Positions 46,759-58,513 of a stretch of 64,000 nucleotides of DNA are shown here, one piece after another. The stretch's first letter is position 1. The number at the start of each line of letters is the position of its first letter. Position numbers and translations under genes: made by a program. The stretch is from Candidatus Latescibacterota bacterium (GTDB lineage Bacteria; Latescibacterota; UBA2968): the NCBI GenBank assembly GCA_965205975.1, contig OZ242195.1, forward strand, positions 3,040,001 through 3,104,000. The letters are read 5' to 3'. The notes beneath the pieces were generated by a model. That model was not told where the DNA came from. It saw only the letters and a program-made list of their open reading frames with translations, and ran no database searches.

Positions 46759-49700
46759 CTATCTCAACCCCAGACGATTCATCTTTCTATACAAGCTGGC
46801 GCGCACCAACCCCAGTTCTTCGGCCGTACGCTTAATATTACCCTCGTATTTTTCGAGCGCATCCATAATCAACCGTTTCTCATACTCCTGCATACTATCT
46901 TTTAAATGTCCCTGGTATTCGACAGAGACACCCGACATCGCGTGGCCGACAGCTTCCGAAAACAAATCGGGCGTAATTGCACCATCTTCTTCTACCAATG
47001 CAACCGCACGCCGAATCTCATTCTCCAACTCGCGCACATTACCCGGCCAGTTGTAATTTGTAAGTGCCCTGATTGCACCTACTGTCAGCCCGCCAACCGA
47101 CTTGTTTGCCTCTTCCTTTGCCCGAATGAGCAAATGTTCGGCCAATAACGGCACATCTTCCATGCGTTCTCGTAAAGGCGGCATATCGATCTGAATCACG
47201 TGCAACCGATAATACAAATCTTCGCGGAAAGAGCCTTTTTCTACTTCTTTTTTTAAGTCTCGATTGGTCGCTGCAATAATGCGTACATCTACTGCGCGAT
47301 CCTCTGTTTCTCCCACACGCCTAATCTCTCCTTCTTGCAACACCCGCAACAAACTCCTTTGCAATGGTGGCGGGGCATCGCCGATTTCATCTAAAAAGAC
47401 CGTACCCCCATTAGCCGTCTCAAAAACCCCCTTATGATCTTCAGTCGCGCCAGTAAACGCCCCTTTTTTATGACCAAACAACTCACTCTGCAACAGCTCT
47501 GGTGAAAGGGCAGCACAATTTTGCGACAAAAAACGCTGGTCTTTACGTGTACTATTGTAGTGTATGGAACGCGCAGCTAATTCTTTGCCAGTACCTGTTT
47601 TGCCTTGCACAAGCACGGGAATATCGCTTTTTGCCGCACGTTCTATAAGCCGGTAGATCGCCTGCATCGCATCACTTTGCCCAAACAGATCGCCAAGCTG
47701 GTGCTGTCTTTCGACCTCTTGCTGCAAATATCGCGCTTTCTCTTCCAATTGTTCGTACATCCTCGCATTGACCAGTGCTACACCCACCAGATTCGCAAAT
47801 GCTTGTAAAAACGTCTGGTCTGCTTCAGAAAATGCGTTGCCTATGCCGCGATGATCCACATATAGGGCACCCATTACACCTTCGCTAACATGAAATAGAG
47901 GCACACACAATACAGACCGAATGTTGTAGTCTATCACACTCTGATATTGATTTAGCCTATCGTCTGTTTGTGCATCAAGGCTCAAAACGGGTTCATTTGT
48001 TTCAATAACCCGACGAATAATACCCCCACTCAATTCTTCTGCATCATTCGATTCTAAATTGTGGTGGCGCACCACATCAACTACAAAGTCTTTTGGAGTC
48101 TCATTTTTAATCGCAACAATCACCCGCTCTGCTGAATAGACAGCCAACAAATTGCCCAAAGTTCCATCCAATAGCACCTTGACATCGTGCTCTGTTGTTA
48201 ATTCCTGGCTCATATCATAGAGCAAATTCCAACGATCAACAGACAACGCACCAACTGGAACCTCAGAACTGGATACGGTATCCTCACCGCGATGGAGCGT
48301 TGGAGCGGCATCCCTGCCGCGACCATCTTCGTCGCGAGATAATTGATTTAATAACACCTGTGTTTTCTCCAAAAAATAGGACATTTCCATTTCCTCAAAC
48401 GCCTGTTTTGCCGCTTCGAGATGTGCTTGCGCTTTTGGCATATCATCGCGCTGGAGATAAAACTCCCCAGCCATCAGCAATGCCCGCGCCCAGTGGTCGC
48501 CTTTGGATTCTCTGCGACATTCAATTGCCTGCTCAAAAGCCTCTTCAGCCTCAGCAATTCGCCCTGCCTGAGCAAAAGCCGCACCAATACCGCAATATAC
48601 CAGGGGCAATATGCCTGTGTACATACCCGATATTTGTTGCGTACCTTCTTTGGCTTTTTCAGCCCATTCAAGTGCTGTTTCACCATTTCCCATTCTCGCA
48701 GCAGCCGTTGCCGCAATTGCATAAGCGCGATAGATATAATCTTTTCGCGGTGTTTCCAAAAATCGCTCTGATGAAATCTCGGCATATTCCAATGCCTCGG
48801 CAAAATCATCGCGTTCCAGAGCCAATTCCCCAAGCCATAGGAAATTTGCTGCTTCCCAATACACACCCCCTCGCTTCTGCCACTCACCAATGACCTCATA
48901 ACAAACGGCTTCAGCACCATTGAAATCCCCCAAATAAAAATAAATTCTTTGAAGTGCATTGAGTGCCCAAACGCGATGGTGCTCTAAACCAAGTTGTCTA
49001 AAGATCTTTACAACAGTTTCTAAATAGCCCTTAGCTGTCTCAAATCGAAATTCCACTAATGCGGCCTGGCCTTCTCGTCCTTGTATAAAAGCCTGGTTTT
49101 GTGGATCTCCCGACTCACGGAGTTTCTCTATTTCCCGACGCATATACGCAATTGATTCTTCGTGCCGACCAGACACATCACACAAATAAGACAAGCTGCT
49201 TAACGCCTGAATTTCGCCATCGAAATCACCGAGTTCACGATAAAGCTGCAATGCCTCCAGCATATATCCTTCTGCAATTTCACCATGTTGAAGTACGCTG
49301 TGAATCTCACCCTGGTCGTTTAAAATACGCGCTTTCAAATCTTTCCGATCAGCGGGCAATAATGCATTTGCTTCGTCTAAAAGTTTTAGTGCGCAATTGT
49401 ATTCACTACAATTGCGAAACACATCTGCATAATCGCACAAAAAATCGATAGCATCTGCAGGTAATTCAAAAACGTCATCCGCTGTCCAGTCCCTCACTGC
49501 CTCGAACCGTCTCAATGCCTGGCGATACGCTTGTACCTCCAATGCTTTTTTACCCGCCAGACACATATATTTCACAGCCTTATCTCGTTCTTCTGCCGCC
49601 GCAAAATGATCCGCCAATTCTTCCGTCAATTCTTCTGCATCACCCGTCTCTTCCAGAGCATTGCCAATTTCTCGATGCAACAGACGCCGCCGCACATCTT

Positions 49701-50841
49701 GCATGCGGTCATAAATTGCACGCCGACACAAATCCTGTGAAAATCGATAGCGGTCTTCATCCTCTCCACAAGCAGCCAAAAGCCCTTCCGCAATCAAGTC
49801 ATCCAGCATATCCAGCAATTCTAACTCATCACCGCGCCAAACTGCAGCCAATAATTCGAAAGAAAAATCACTTAAAAAAACACAGGCGTATTCCAGCACC
49901 CGCTGTTGCATAGCAGGCAGGGTTGCTATGCGCCTGTACAAAACCTCTGAAAAGTCATTGGATAATAATGTTTCGGGAAACTCTCCCCACTGCCAATCGC
50001 CAGACACATCTTGCCGAACCACATCGGCATGCACCAGTGTCCTTATCGCCTCCACGACAAACAGGGGTTGTCCGCCTGTTTCTCTGAACAGGGTTTGCAA
50101 TGCATCCGACGGTATGGATCGCTCCCCTAACATCGACGCCGCTAAATATCCCACCTCTTCTTGTTGTAGATACTCCAACTGCATCTGGGTCGCTTCAGCA
50201 AATTCATTACTATGTATAAAATTCTCAATTTCCTCTGAAAGCGGTTCCAGATTAGACCATCGGCAAGTCAGACATAACAAAAACGGGCACGGTTCTGGAT
50301 CGCGCAACACATACTGCAAAAATTCCAGAGTCAATTCATCAAGCCATTGAATATCTTCCAAACACAACACAATGGGCTGTTTCTGTCGCAGACTTTTTAG
50401 TAACTGCAACCAGCGCTCCATAACAGAAAACTTGTCGGTCTCTAATGAATCGGGCAACTCTGCCATCAAATCCGTCGTCCCTTGAAAAGCCCTGATCAAC
50501 GCACCGTATATTTGTCCGCCCTCTTCCTGCCCTGCGCCCTTCAAACATAGAAAATCGTGGATCAGAGCGTCGCCCAACAGTTCTTCGGCCAGTCTCGATT
50601 TACCTACTCCCGCCTCACCCGAGATCAAAACCACGCGCTGCTTGCCAGCCTGTACATCCTGTAACATCGCACTCAGTATCTTCATTTCAGATTCCCGCCC
50701 GACAAATTGTGGGCGCACAACTTTTCTATGCACATCGCGCTGCTCGTCCTCCAGCAGCACAAGCTCCGATGGTAAGGCACGTACCAGTTCCTCTGCCGAC
50801 TGATAACGATCAACACGCTCCTTTGCCAGCAACTTCAGCAC
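46759..50841 (-). CDS. AAA ATPase-TPR-GAF-sigma54 activator-Fis HTH (3' part of a frameshifted kinase-bEBP fusion)
   Basis: FVGRE, GEAGVGKS, LEDIQW; TPRs; GAF SVLCVPL; GKTGTGKE, GAFTGA, FLDEI, WPGNVRELEN; C-terminal HTH. Confidence 0.92.
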   Translation of the reverse strand: MLKLLAKERVDRYQSAEELVRALPSELVLLEDEQRDVHRKVVRPQFVGRESEMKILSAMLQDVQAGKQRVVLISGEAGVGKSRLAEELLGDALIHDFLCLKGAGQEEGGQIYGALIRAFQGTTDLMAELPDSLETDKFSVMERWLQLLKSLRQKQPIVLCLEDIQWLDELTLEFLQYVLRDPEPCPFLLCLTCRWSNLEPLSEEIENFIHSNEFAEATQMQLEYLQQEEVGYLAASMLGERSIPSDALQTLFRETGGQPLFVVEAIRTLVHADVVRQDVSGDWQWGEFPETLLSNDFSEVLYRRIATLPAMQQRVLEYACVFLSDFSFELLAAVWRGDELELLDMLDDLIAEGLLAACGEDEDRYRFSQDLCRRAIYDRMQDVRRRLLHREIGNALEETGDAEELTEELADHFAAAEERDKAVKYMCLAGKKALEVQAYRQALRRFEAVRDWTADDVFELPADAIDFLCDYADVFRNCSEYNCALKLLDEANALLPADRKDLKARILNDQGEIHSVLQHGEIAEGYMLEALQLYRELGDFDGEIQALSSLSYLCDVSGRHEESIAYMRREIEKLRESGDPQNQAFIQGREGQAALVEFRFETAKGYLETVVKIFRQLGLEHHRVWALNALQRIYFYLGDFNGAEAVCYEVIGEWQKRGGVYWEAANFLWLGELALERDDFAEALEYAEISSERFLETPRKDYIYRAYAIAATAAARMGNGETALEWAEKAKEGTQQISGMYTGILPLVYCGIGAAFAQAGRIAEAEEAFEQAIECRRESKGDHWARALLMAGEFYLQRDDMPKAQAHLEAAKQAFEEMEMSYFLEKTQVLLNQLSRDEDGRGRDAAPTLHRGEDTVSSSEVPVGALSVDRWNLLYDMSQELTTEHDVKVLLDGTLGNLLAVYSAERVIVAIKNETPKDFVVDVVRHHNLESNDAEELSGGIIRRVIETNEPVLSLDAQTDDRLNQYQSVIDYNIRSVLCVPLFHVSEGVMGALYVDHRGIGNAFSEADQTFLQAFANLVGVALVNARMYEQLEEKARYLQQEVERQHQLGDLFGQSDAMQAIYRLIERAAKSDIPVLVQGKTGTGKELAARSIHYNSTRKDQRFLSQNCAALSPELLQSELFGHKKGAFTGATEDHKGVFETANGGTVFLDEIGDAPPPLQRSLLRVLQEGEIRRVGETEDRAVDVRIIAATNRDLKKEVEKGSFREDLYYRLHVIQIDMPPLRERMEDVPLLAEHLLIRAKEEANKSVGGLTVGAIRALTNYNWPGNVRELENEIRRAVALVEEDGAITPDLFSEAVGHAMSGVSVEYQGHLKDSMQEYEKRLIMDALEKYEGNIKRTAEELGLVRASLYRKMNRLGLR

Positions 50842-51598
50842 AATTTGTTGCGTCTCTTCGGGAACAGCGATATTGAACTTCGCCTATTGGTGGAGGTGAC
50901 TCTCGAATATGCTTCATAATAACAGATATGGGATTTTGTCCAGAAAAGGGCGATGCGTCCGTGAGGACTTCGTATAAAATCACACCCAATGAGTACAAAT
51001 CTGACCGATGATCCACCCACAACCCCTTACCCTGCTCTGGCGACATATATTCTGCCGTACCAATCGTTGCACCCGTCTGAGTAATGGAAGCACTGTGCAA
51101 ATGTCTGAATTTCGCCAATCCCAGGTCCAGAATCGTGGTTTCAATCCCCTCTTTTGTCTCCAAAACCATAATATTGGATGGCTTGAGATCGCGATGCACT
51201 GCACCCTGAGCGTGGACATAAGCCAATCCATCGGCAATTTGTTGTATCAAGTCAAAAAAGTGAGACGTCCGGAATTGCTCTAACAGTACACGATCGGCAA
51301 TAATTTTTTCCAATGTCTTTCCGGGCAAATATTCCATTGTAAAATAGGGACGGTCTTTGGCAAAGCCCCAGGTGTATGTGCGAACCAGACGCGGGTGCTG
51401 GAATCGGTTCAACACCTGAAACTCTCTGTGAAAACGACGGCGCACAGCCTGCTCATCCATCATTTCATTCAAAATTTTGAGCGCGCAATCCCGATCTTGC
51501 TCCAGGTCCAAAACCCGATACACTTCACCCATGCCCCCGGCTCCCAGGTGCGCCTGGATCTGGTATCTTTTGTCGAGAATTGTGCCAATTTCGAACAT
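50810..51598 (-). pseudogene. Hanks-type Ser/Thr kinase domain (5' part of the same gene; +1 frameshift near 50875)
   Basis: LGAGGMGEVY, ALK, HRDLKPSN, DLG, GTAEYMSPE; subdomain XI (KLLAKERVDRYQSA) lies in the next frame. Confidence 0.85.
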
Positions 51599-51725
51599 AC
51601 GCGTTATTCTTTGCAAGTTTTGATTGATATGTGAGATTAATAATGCGTAAGATTCAGAATTTTTTCAACCTTTTTGGCGACACGGGGCGCAGTTTGTTCT
51701 GTTGTATTTTTCAGACCCATCAATT

Positions 51726-53639
51726 CTAATTGAGATGGATAGCCCTGGCCTGTCTTTGCACCAACACCAGAACGAGAAAAATCGCCATCCCAATGACATG
51801 ACATACCAGCAAAGGCCAGAGCATCAGAACCGCTGCCACCAGGAATAAGACGCGGTATAATACACTCAGCGACACCATATGAAAACCCTCAGAAGCCGCC
51901 GCAAAAGACAGCAATCCCAGAAGCGTAGCTATCGCAGTCTCAATAACGCGCCAGGTCTCTCCTTCAAAAAGGATGGGCGTGTAGCAAAAAAGCAGGGGAA
52001 TAAAATAAATGCCCTTGGCAATGCGCCACGACTCAAAACCCGTACGCAGCGGATTTGCCCCCGCAATACCCGCAGCAGAATACGCAGCCAGACAAACCGG
52101 AGGCGTGACATTGGCATCCTGAGAATACCAGAAAATCAGCAAATGCGCCGCAATCAGACTCACCCCCAGATTGGTCAGCGCAGGCGCAGCCAGCACCGCG
52201 AGCACGATATAAGAAGCCGTCACCGGCAGACCCATGCCCAGAATCAGAGACGCAATGGCAATAAGCACAACAGTAATGAGCACACTGCTTCCGGCAATCG
52301 CCGAAATGAGCAAAGAAAATTTGATCCCAACGCCAACCATCAGCACCACACCCACAATAATACCCGCACACAGCAGAATAATACCCGTGGTAATCATATT
52401 GTGAGCACCCAGCGCAAGAGCATCGACAATATCGCGGATATTCATGCGCGTATTCTTATTCAACCAGCTCGCAACAACAATACTCGCGGTTCCCGTTGCC
52501 GCCGCAAACGTGGGTGTAAAACCGTAGATCAGTGTACCCACCAGCACCCCAATGGGAATCGCAAAATGCCAGCCTTCGCGGATCGTATCGCGGATATCCG
52601 GAAGTTCCGAAGCAGGCAAGGGCGCAATCCCCCGTTTTCGCGCGCGAAAATGAATAAAAAAAGTAACACTCAAAAAATAGATAAGCGCCGGGATAAAAGA
52701 CACACCTACAATGGTCAAATACGGAATCTGCGTCCACTGACTCATAATAAACGCACCCGCACCCATAATCGGCGGCATGAGTTGACCGCCCGTAGATGCC
52801 GCCGCCTCGACCGCGCCTGAAAAAGTAGGCGAAAAACCCGTGCGCTTCATCATCGGAATCGTAAGCGAACCCGACCCCACCGTATTCGCCACAGCACTCC
52901 CCGAAATTGAACCGAGCATACCACTGGCAAAAACCGCCATCTTTGCCGGTCCACCCACCGTGCGCCCCAGCAGCGCGAGCGCCAGACGAATCATAAAATC
53001 GCCCGCACCCGAACGCAGGAGAAACGCGCCAAAAAGCACAAAAAGCGCGACAAAAGTAGATGAAATAGTCGCAATCGTCCCAAAAATACCATCGGGCGCG
53101 AAGTACATGCGGTAGAGCAAACGCGGAAATGACACCCCTGGAAACGCCCATATACCCGAAATATATTGCCCCCAAAAAAGCGCGTAAGTGAGAAATACAA
53201 GCGCGAGCAGTGGAATAAAAAAACCCGTTGTCCGCCGGGTAATCTCGAGCAAAAGGAGAATCGCGATACCCGCAAAAATGAGATCAGCCGTATTCGGCAC
53301 CTCATTGCGGGCGTGCAGTGCATCCTCAAAAAACACGAGATAAAGGGCGACGGCAACAGATAGGATGGCGAAAAAATAATCGAGAATCAGCGTGCGCGGG
53401 GCATAGCGCGTAGAAACGGGATAAAGCAGATATCCCAAAAAAAGAATAAAGGCATAATGAGCGGCATTGCGCTGTAATTCGGGCAAAACACCCAGCGTAT
53501 TGCTCCACAGGTGAAACAGAGACAGGCAAACCCCCACAACAACGACGAGCACCTGATGCCTGCCTGTAAGCACGCGATGCGGCGTACTCACTTCGCCGCC
53601 GTGATCCTGTTCAACTATGGTCCTATGAGATTCTGGCAT
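51726..53639 (-). CDS. TRAP transporter fused 4TM/12TM permease (TAXI-type)
   Basis: GGPAK, SISGSAVAN, EAAASTGGQLMPPIMGAGAF, LGMGLPVTASY, VTPPVCLA. Confidence 0.93.
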   Translation of the reverse strand: MPESHRTIVEQDHGGEVSTPHRVLTGRHQVLVVVVGVCLSLFHLWSNTLGVLPELQRNAAHYAFILFLGYLLYPVSTRYAPRTLILDYFFAILSVAVALYLVFFEDALHARNEVPNTADLIFAGIAILLLLEITRRTTGFFIPLLALVFLTYALFWGQYISGIWAFPGVSFPRLLYRMYFAPDGIFGTIATISSTFVALFVLFGAFLLRSGAGDFMIRLALALLGRTVGGPAKMAVFASGMLGSISGSAVANTVGSGSLTIPMMKRTGFSPTFSGAVEAAASTGGQLMPPIMGAGAFIMSQWTQIPYLTIVGVSFIPALIYFLSVTFFIHFRARKRGIAPLPASELPDIRDTIREGWHFAIPIGVLVGTLIYGFTPTFAAATGTASIVVASWLNKNTRMNIRDIVDALALGAHNMITTGIILLCAGIIVGVVLMVGVGIKFSLLISAIAGSSVLITVVLIAIASLILGMGLPVTASYIVLAVLAAPALTNLGVSLIAAHLLIFWYSQDANVTPPVCLAAYSAAGIAGANPLRTGFESWRIAKGIYFIPLLFCYTPILFEGETWRVIETAIATLLGLLSFAAASEGFHMVSLSVLYRVLFLVAAVLMLWPLLVCHVIGMAIFLVLVLVQRQARAIHLN

Positions 53640-53739
53640 ATCAGTGGTCAGTAGTCAGTCCCTCTTTTTCATCTGCGTTCATCTGCGTTCATCTGCGGAT
53701 ACTCGCCTTTCACACTTCAAACTTCTCACTTCAAACTTC

Positions 53740-54801
53740 TCACTCCCCTATCAAAGACGGCGAAATATCGATACCCTTCTCGCTATAATAGCGCACAGCA
53801 CCCGCATGCAGGGGAACAGCCAGCCCCATCGTGGCTTTATCGAGAGACATTGCGAGCGTGGCCTTGTGGATATTTTGAATCTCCTCTAAATTCTCATAAA
53901 TAGTTTTTGTAATCTCATAGACCACATCCTCAGGCAAATCTGCTCTACACGCCAAAAAATTGGGTTGTGCAATCGTCTCAATCGCTTCGGACTGCCCGGG
54001 ATACGTATTGGCCGGAATAATATACCGCGTCCACATGGGAAACGCATTTTGGATTGCCGCGAGGTGATCATCGCTAAAAGCAAGCACAGAAACCCCGTCT
54101 GCACCGAGCTGGGCAAAAGCCTGCGTCACAGCAGCCACGGGCGGACCAGCCGAAAGCGTCGCCCCAGCAATGCGACCGTCAATCATAGCCTGAGCAGACG
54201 GACTATAACCCAAATACTCAGACGTAAAATCCTCATCCGGAGAAATATTAAGCGCTGCGAGAATCGTTCGCGTCGCGCCTTCTGTACCACTGCCGCGTTT
54301 GCCAATAACGTATTTGCGGCCGAGTTTTCTCAAGTCCTCAACAGTACCTGTTTTGGCATCGGACGCCCGAAGTATAAAATGCTCGACATTCTCCCATAGC
54401 AGGGTAATAGACCGGAGATCTCTAACCGCTTGCCCCTGATAAGTCCCCTCTCCGCGATAAGCCATCGTACCGTACAAACCCAGCAAAATCGCCAGATGTG
54501 CCTCTCGATTGACCAGCATCTGAATATTCTCGGCCGACCCTGCAGAATTGATAGCTGCTACCACAATCTTGGGCTGTAGCTTCTGTGTAATCGTCGTACT
54601 CAGCGCAACACCCACCGGATAATACGTACCGCCGGGCGTGGCTGTTGCAATAATCAAATTCTGCGTCTGCATACCTTCCTGCGGTGCTCCACAGGAGATA
54701 CAGAATATAAAGGCGAAAAGCAACCACCGATGAACACGGATAAACACAGATGAAAGGAAAGGATGCAAAAAGGAAGATATACGCGACATAAAAAACCTCA
54801 T
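53740..54801 (-). CDS. TAXI family TRAP solute-binding protein
   Basis: ATATPGGTYYPVG, SAGSAENI, GSGT, PLHAGA.RYY; start uncertain (N-terminus contains a repeat). Confidence 0.92.
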   Translation of the reverse strand: MRFFMSRISSFLHPFLSSVFIRVHRWLLFAFIFCISCGAPQEGMQTQNLIIATATPGGTYYPVGVALSTTITQKLQPKIVVAAINSAGSAENIQMLVNREAHLAILLGLYGTMAYRGEGTYQGQAVRDLRSITLLWENVEHFILRASDAKTGTVEDLRKLGRKYVIGKRGSGTEGATRTILAALNISPDEDFTSEYLGYSPSAQAMIDGRIAGATLSAGPPVAAVTQAFAQLGADGVSVLAFSDDHLAAIQNAFPMWTRYIIPANTYPGQSEAIETIAQPNFLACRADLPEDVVYEITKTIYENLEEIQNIHKATLAMSLDKATMGLAVPLHAGAVRYYSEKGIDISPSLIGE

Positions 54802-54833
54802 ATCAAAAAAGTGAACAGATATTTATCAGCCTA

Positions 54834-54909
54834 ATTATACCCGCCCGCCTATATGCGTCAAGAGAAAACACCTTTGCGCCTTGACAACCTCTGTTGCGAT
54901 TTCTATACT
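54834..54909. promoter_or_regulatory. Divergent sigma70 promoter pair
   Basis: Minus: TTGACG-N16-TATAAT (54861-54834); plus: TTGACA-N17-TATACT (54881-54909). Confidence 0.7.
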
Positions 54910-54928
54910 TCCTCTGAGGAGTAGATCT

Positions 54929-55912
54929 ATGGATAACACGCGCACAATTCTCTTTTGCACACTCGCATCCGTCTTGCTCTTGTCTGGCTGTGCCGAGTAT
55001 CGGGCGTATCGCCATTTAGATCGCGCAGTTGCTCTCGAAGCCAATCGGGATCGCGAAACCGCGCTCGCGATATTTCAGGCTGCGGTGGATATATGCCCTG
55101 AAGACGCGGTTTTGCGGCGGTGGTTGGGCAGGGCATATTTGAGGCGCAACCAATACGACGCAGCGCGAGCCGAGTTCGAAATTGCGCTTGGATTGGCACC
55201 CGATTATATGCGCTTGTACCGCGACCTCGCAATCGTCAATGAAGCACTCGAGAGACCAGAAGTTGCTATCGCGTGGCTGGAAAAAGCCGTATCACAGGTA
55301 CCCGAGCATCGGGAATCTTATCGCGATCTCGTCAGTCTCTATCTGTCCCACGACCGGTTGAGCGAAGCGCAATCCCTTTTGGAAACAGTTGTCGAACAGT
55401 GGCCAAAAACGATATGGGCACATTTTCAACTGGGCGGTCTCTATATGGTATTAAAATGGCCCGAGCGCGCCGAAGAAGCTTATGTACAGGTACTGGACAT
55501 CGAGCCAAAAAACGACAATGAATCGGAAATACGAGCACGCACGCACGGCGAATTGGGCAATGTTTATTACGAGCGCAAAAACTATGAGCGCGCCGAGGAA
55601 TTTTACAAAAGAGCACTGGAGCTCAATCCTCTTGACGACAGCAGCCTGAACAATCTCGCCTGGATATATGCCATTCAGGGCATTCACCTGCGCGAAGGGA
55701 TTCGCCTCTCGCAGCGGTCTTTGCGCCTGCGTCCACACACCCCATCCTACCTGGACACACTGGCCGAACTGCATTACCGGATGGGCAATACCGAACGCGC
55801 CATTTTCATCATCCGCCAGGCCATTGCATTGGATCCGGATAACCCGGAGATGCGCGCCCATCTACATCGGCAACTCGCCAAATTTATTTCCGGCGGCCGG
55901 GGAAAGGTATAG
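54929..55912 (+). CDS. TPR lipoprotein
   Basis: Lipobox LSG-C; TPRs; LNNLAW..YLDTLA motif; ATG 54929 behind GAGGAG. Confidence 0.85.
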   Translation: MDNTRTILFCTLASVLLLSGCAEYRAYRHLDRAVALEANRDRETALAIFQAAVDICPEDAVLRRWLGRAYLRRNQYDAARAEFEIALGLAPDYMRLYRDLAIVNEALERPEVAIAWLEKAVSQVPEHRESYRDLVSLYLSHDRLSEAQSLLETVVEQWPKTIWAHFQLGGLYMVLKWPERAEEAYVQVLDIEPKNDNESEIRARTHGELGNVYYERKNYERAEEFYKRALELNPLDDSSLNNLAWIYAIQGIHLREGIRLSQRSLRLRPHTPSYLDTLAELHYRMGNTERAIFIIRQAIALDPDNPEMRAHLHRQLAKFISGGRGKV

Positions 55913-55922
55913 GCACTGACTT

Positions 55923-57763
<1,841 letters not shown>

Positions 57764-57774
57764 AGGCACAAAAA

Positions 57775-58503
57775 GTGAGTGACTCTTTACTACAAATCGC
57801 ATCGCCAATCTTACCCGAAGAGACCCGCGCGCGCTTAAACGCAGTGTACGCACAGGTTCCCGCTGTATCGTGTACAGGTTGCGATGCACCGGGAAGCTGT
57901 TGCGAACTGACAGATGCCGAATACGACGACGATTTTGCAACCATGTATCCGCTCTACGCCGTCGAATACCTCAACATCACAGATTATGTGCGCTCGCACT
58001 TTGACCCCCAAAAACAGCGTGAATTGCTAAACACAGTCGAAGAACGCCCGCGCCGTTGTCCGTTCTTGACACCCGAAGGCGGCTGCTCAATCCACCCAGC
58101 GCGCCCCCTGACCTGTCGCACCTACGGTATTTTGAACCAGGTCTCTCAGGTCAACGCCACAGCTGAATCCGCACGCGACAAAGTACCCTGGCAATGGATA
58201 TCTTCTTTCTTATCCACAGAGCGATACACCGTATGTCCAAAAACCAGATTAAAAGAAGCCGACAAAGTCGATGCACACATGCAGGCGATGGTATCCCTGG
58301 AATACGAGCGCGAATTGATCTATCTATCGGACACACTCAACTGGTTGGATGCAGACCGTCGAGAACTATTCCAACAAATAACAAAAAAAATCCACCCCAC
58401 GCGGTGGACGTGGGGTGGATTTAACGCCCTCACCCAAAAACCATTGAAATGGGTAAAAAGCCACTTTGCAAATCTCTGGAAATCATCTTTTTTGGGGGAG
58501 TAA
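57775..58503 (+). CDS. YkgJ-like cysteine-cluster protein
   Basis: CTGC...SCC, CPFL....CSIH.ARPL.CR.YG. Confidence 0.8.
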   Translation: MSDSLLQIASPILPEETRARLNAVYAQVPAVSCTGCDAPGSCCELTDAEYDDDFATMYPLYAVEYLNITDYVRSHFDPQKQRELLNTVEERPRRCPFLTPEGGCSIHPARPLTCRTYGILNQVSQVNATAESARDKVPWQWISSFLSTERYTVCPKTRLKEADKVDAHMQAMVSLEYERELIYLSDTLNWLDADRRELFQQITKKIHPTRWTWGGFNALTQKPLKWVKSHFANLWKSSFLGE

Positions 58504-58513
58504 AAGGAAACAC

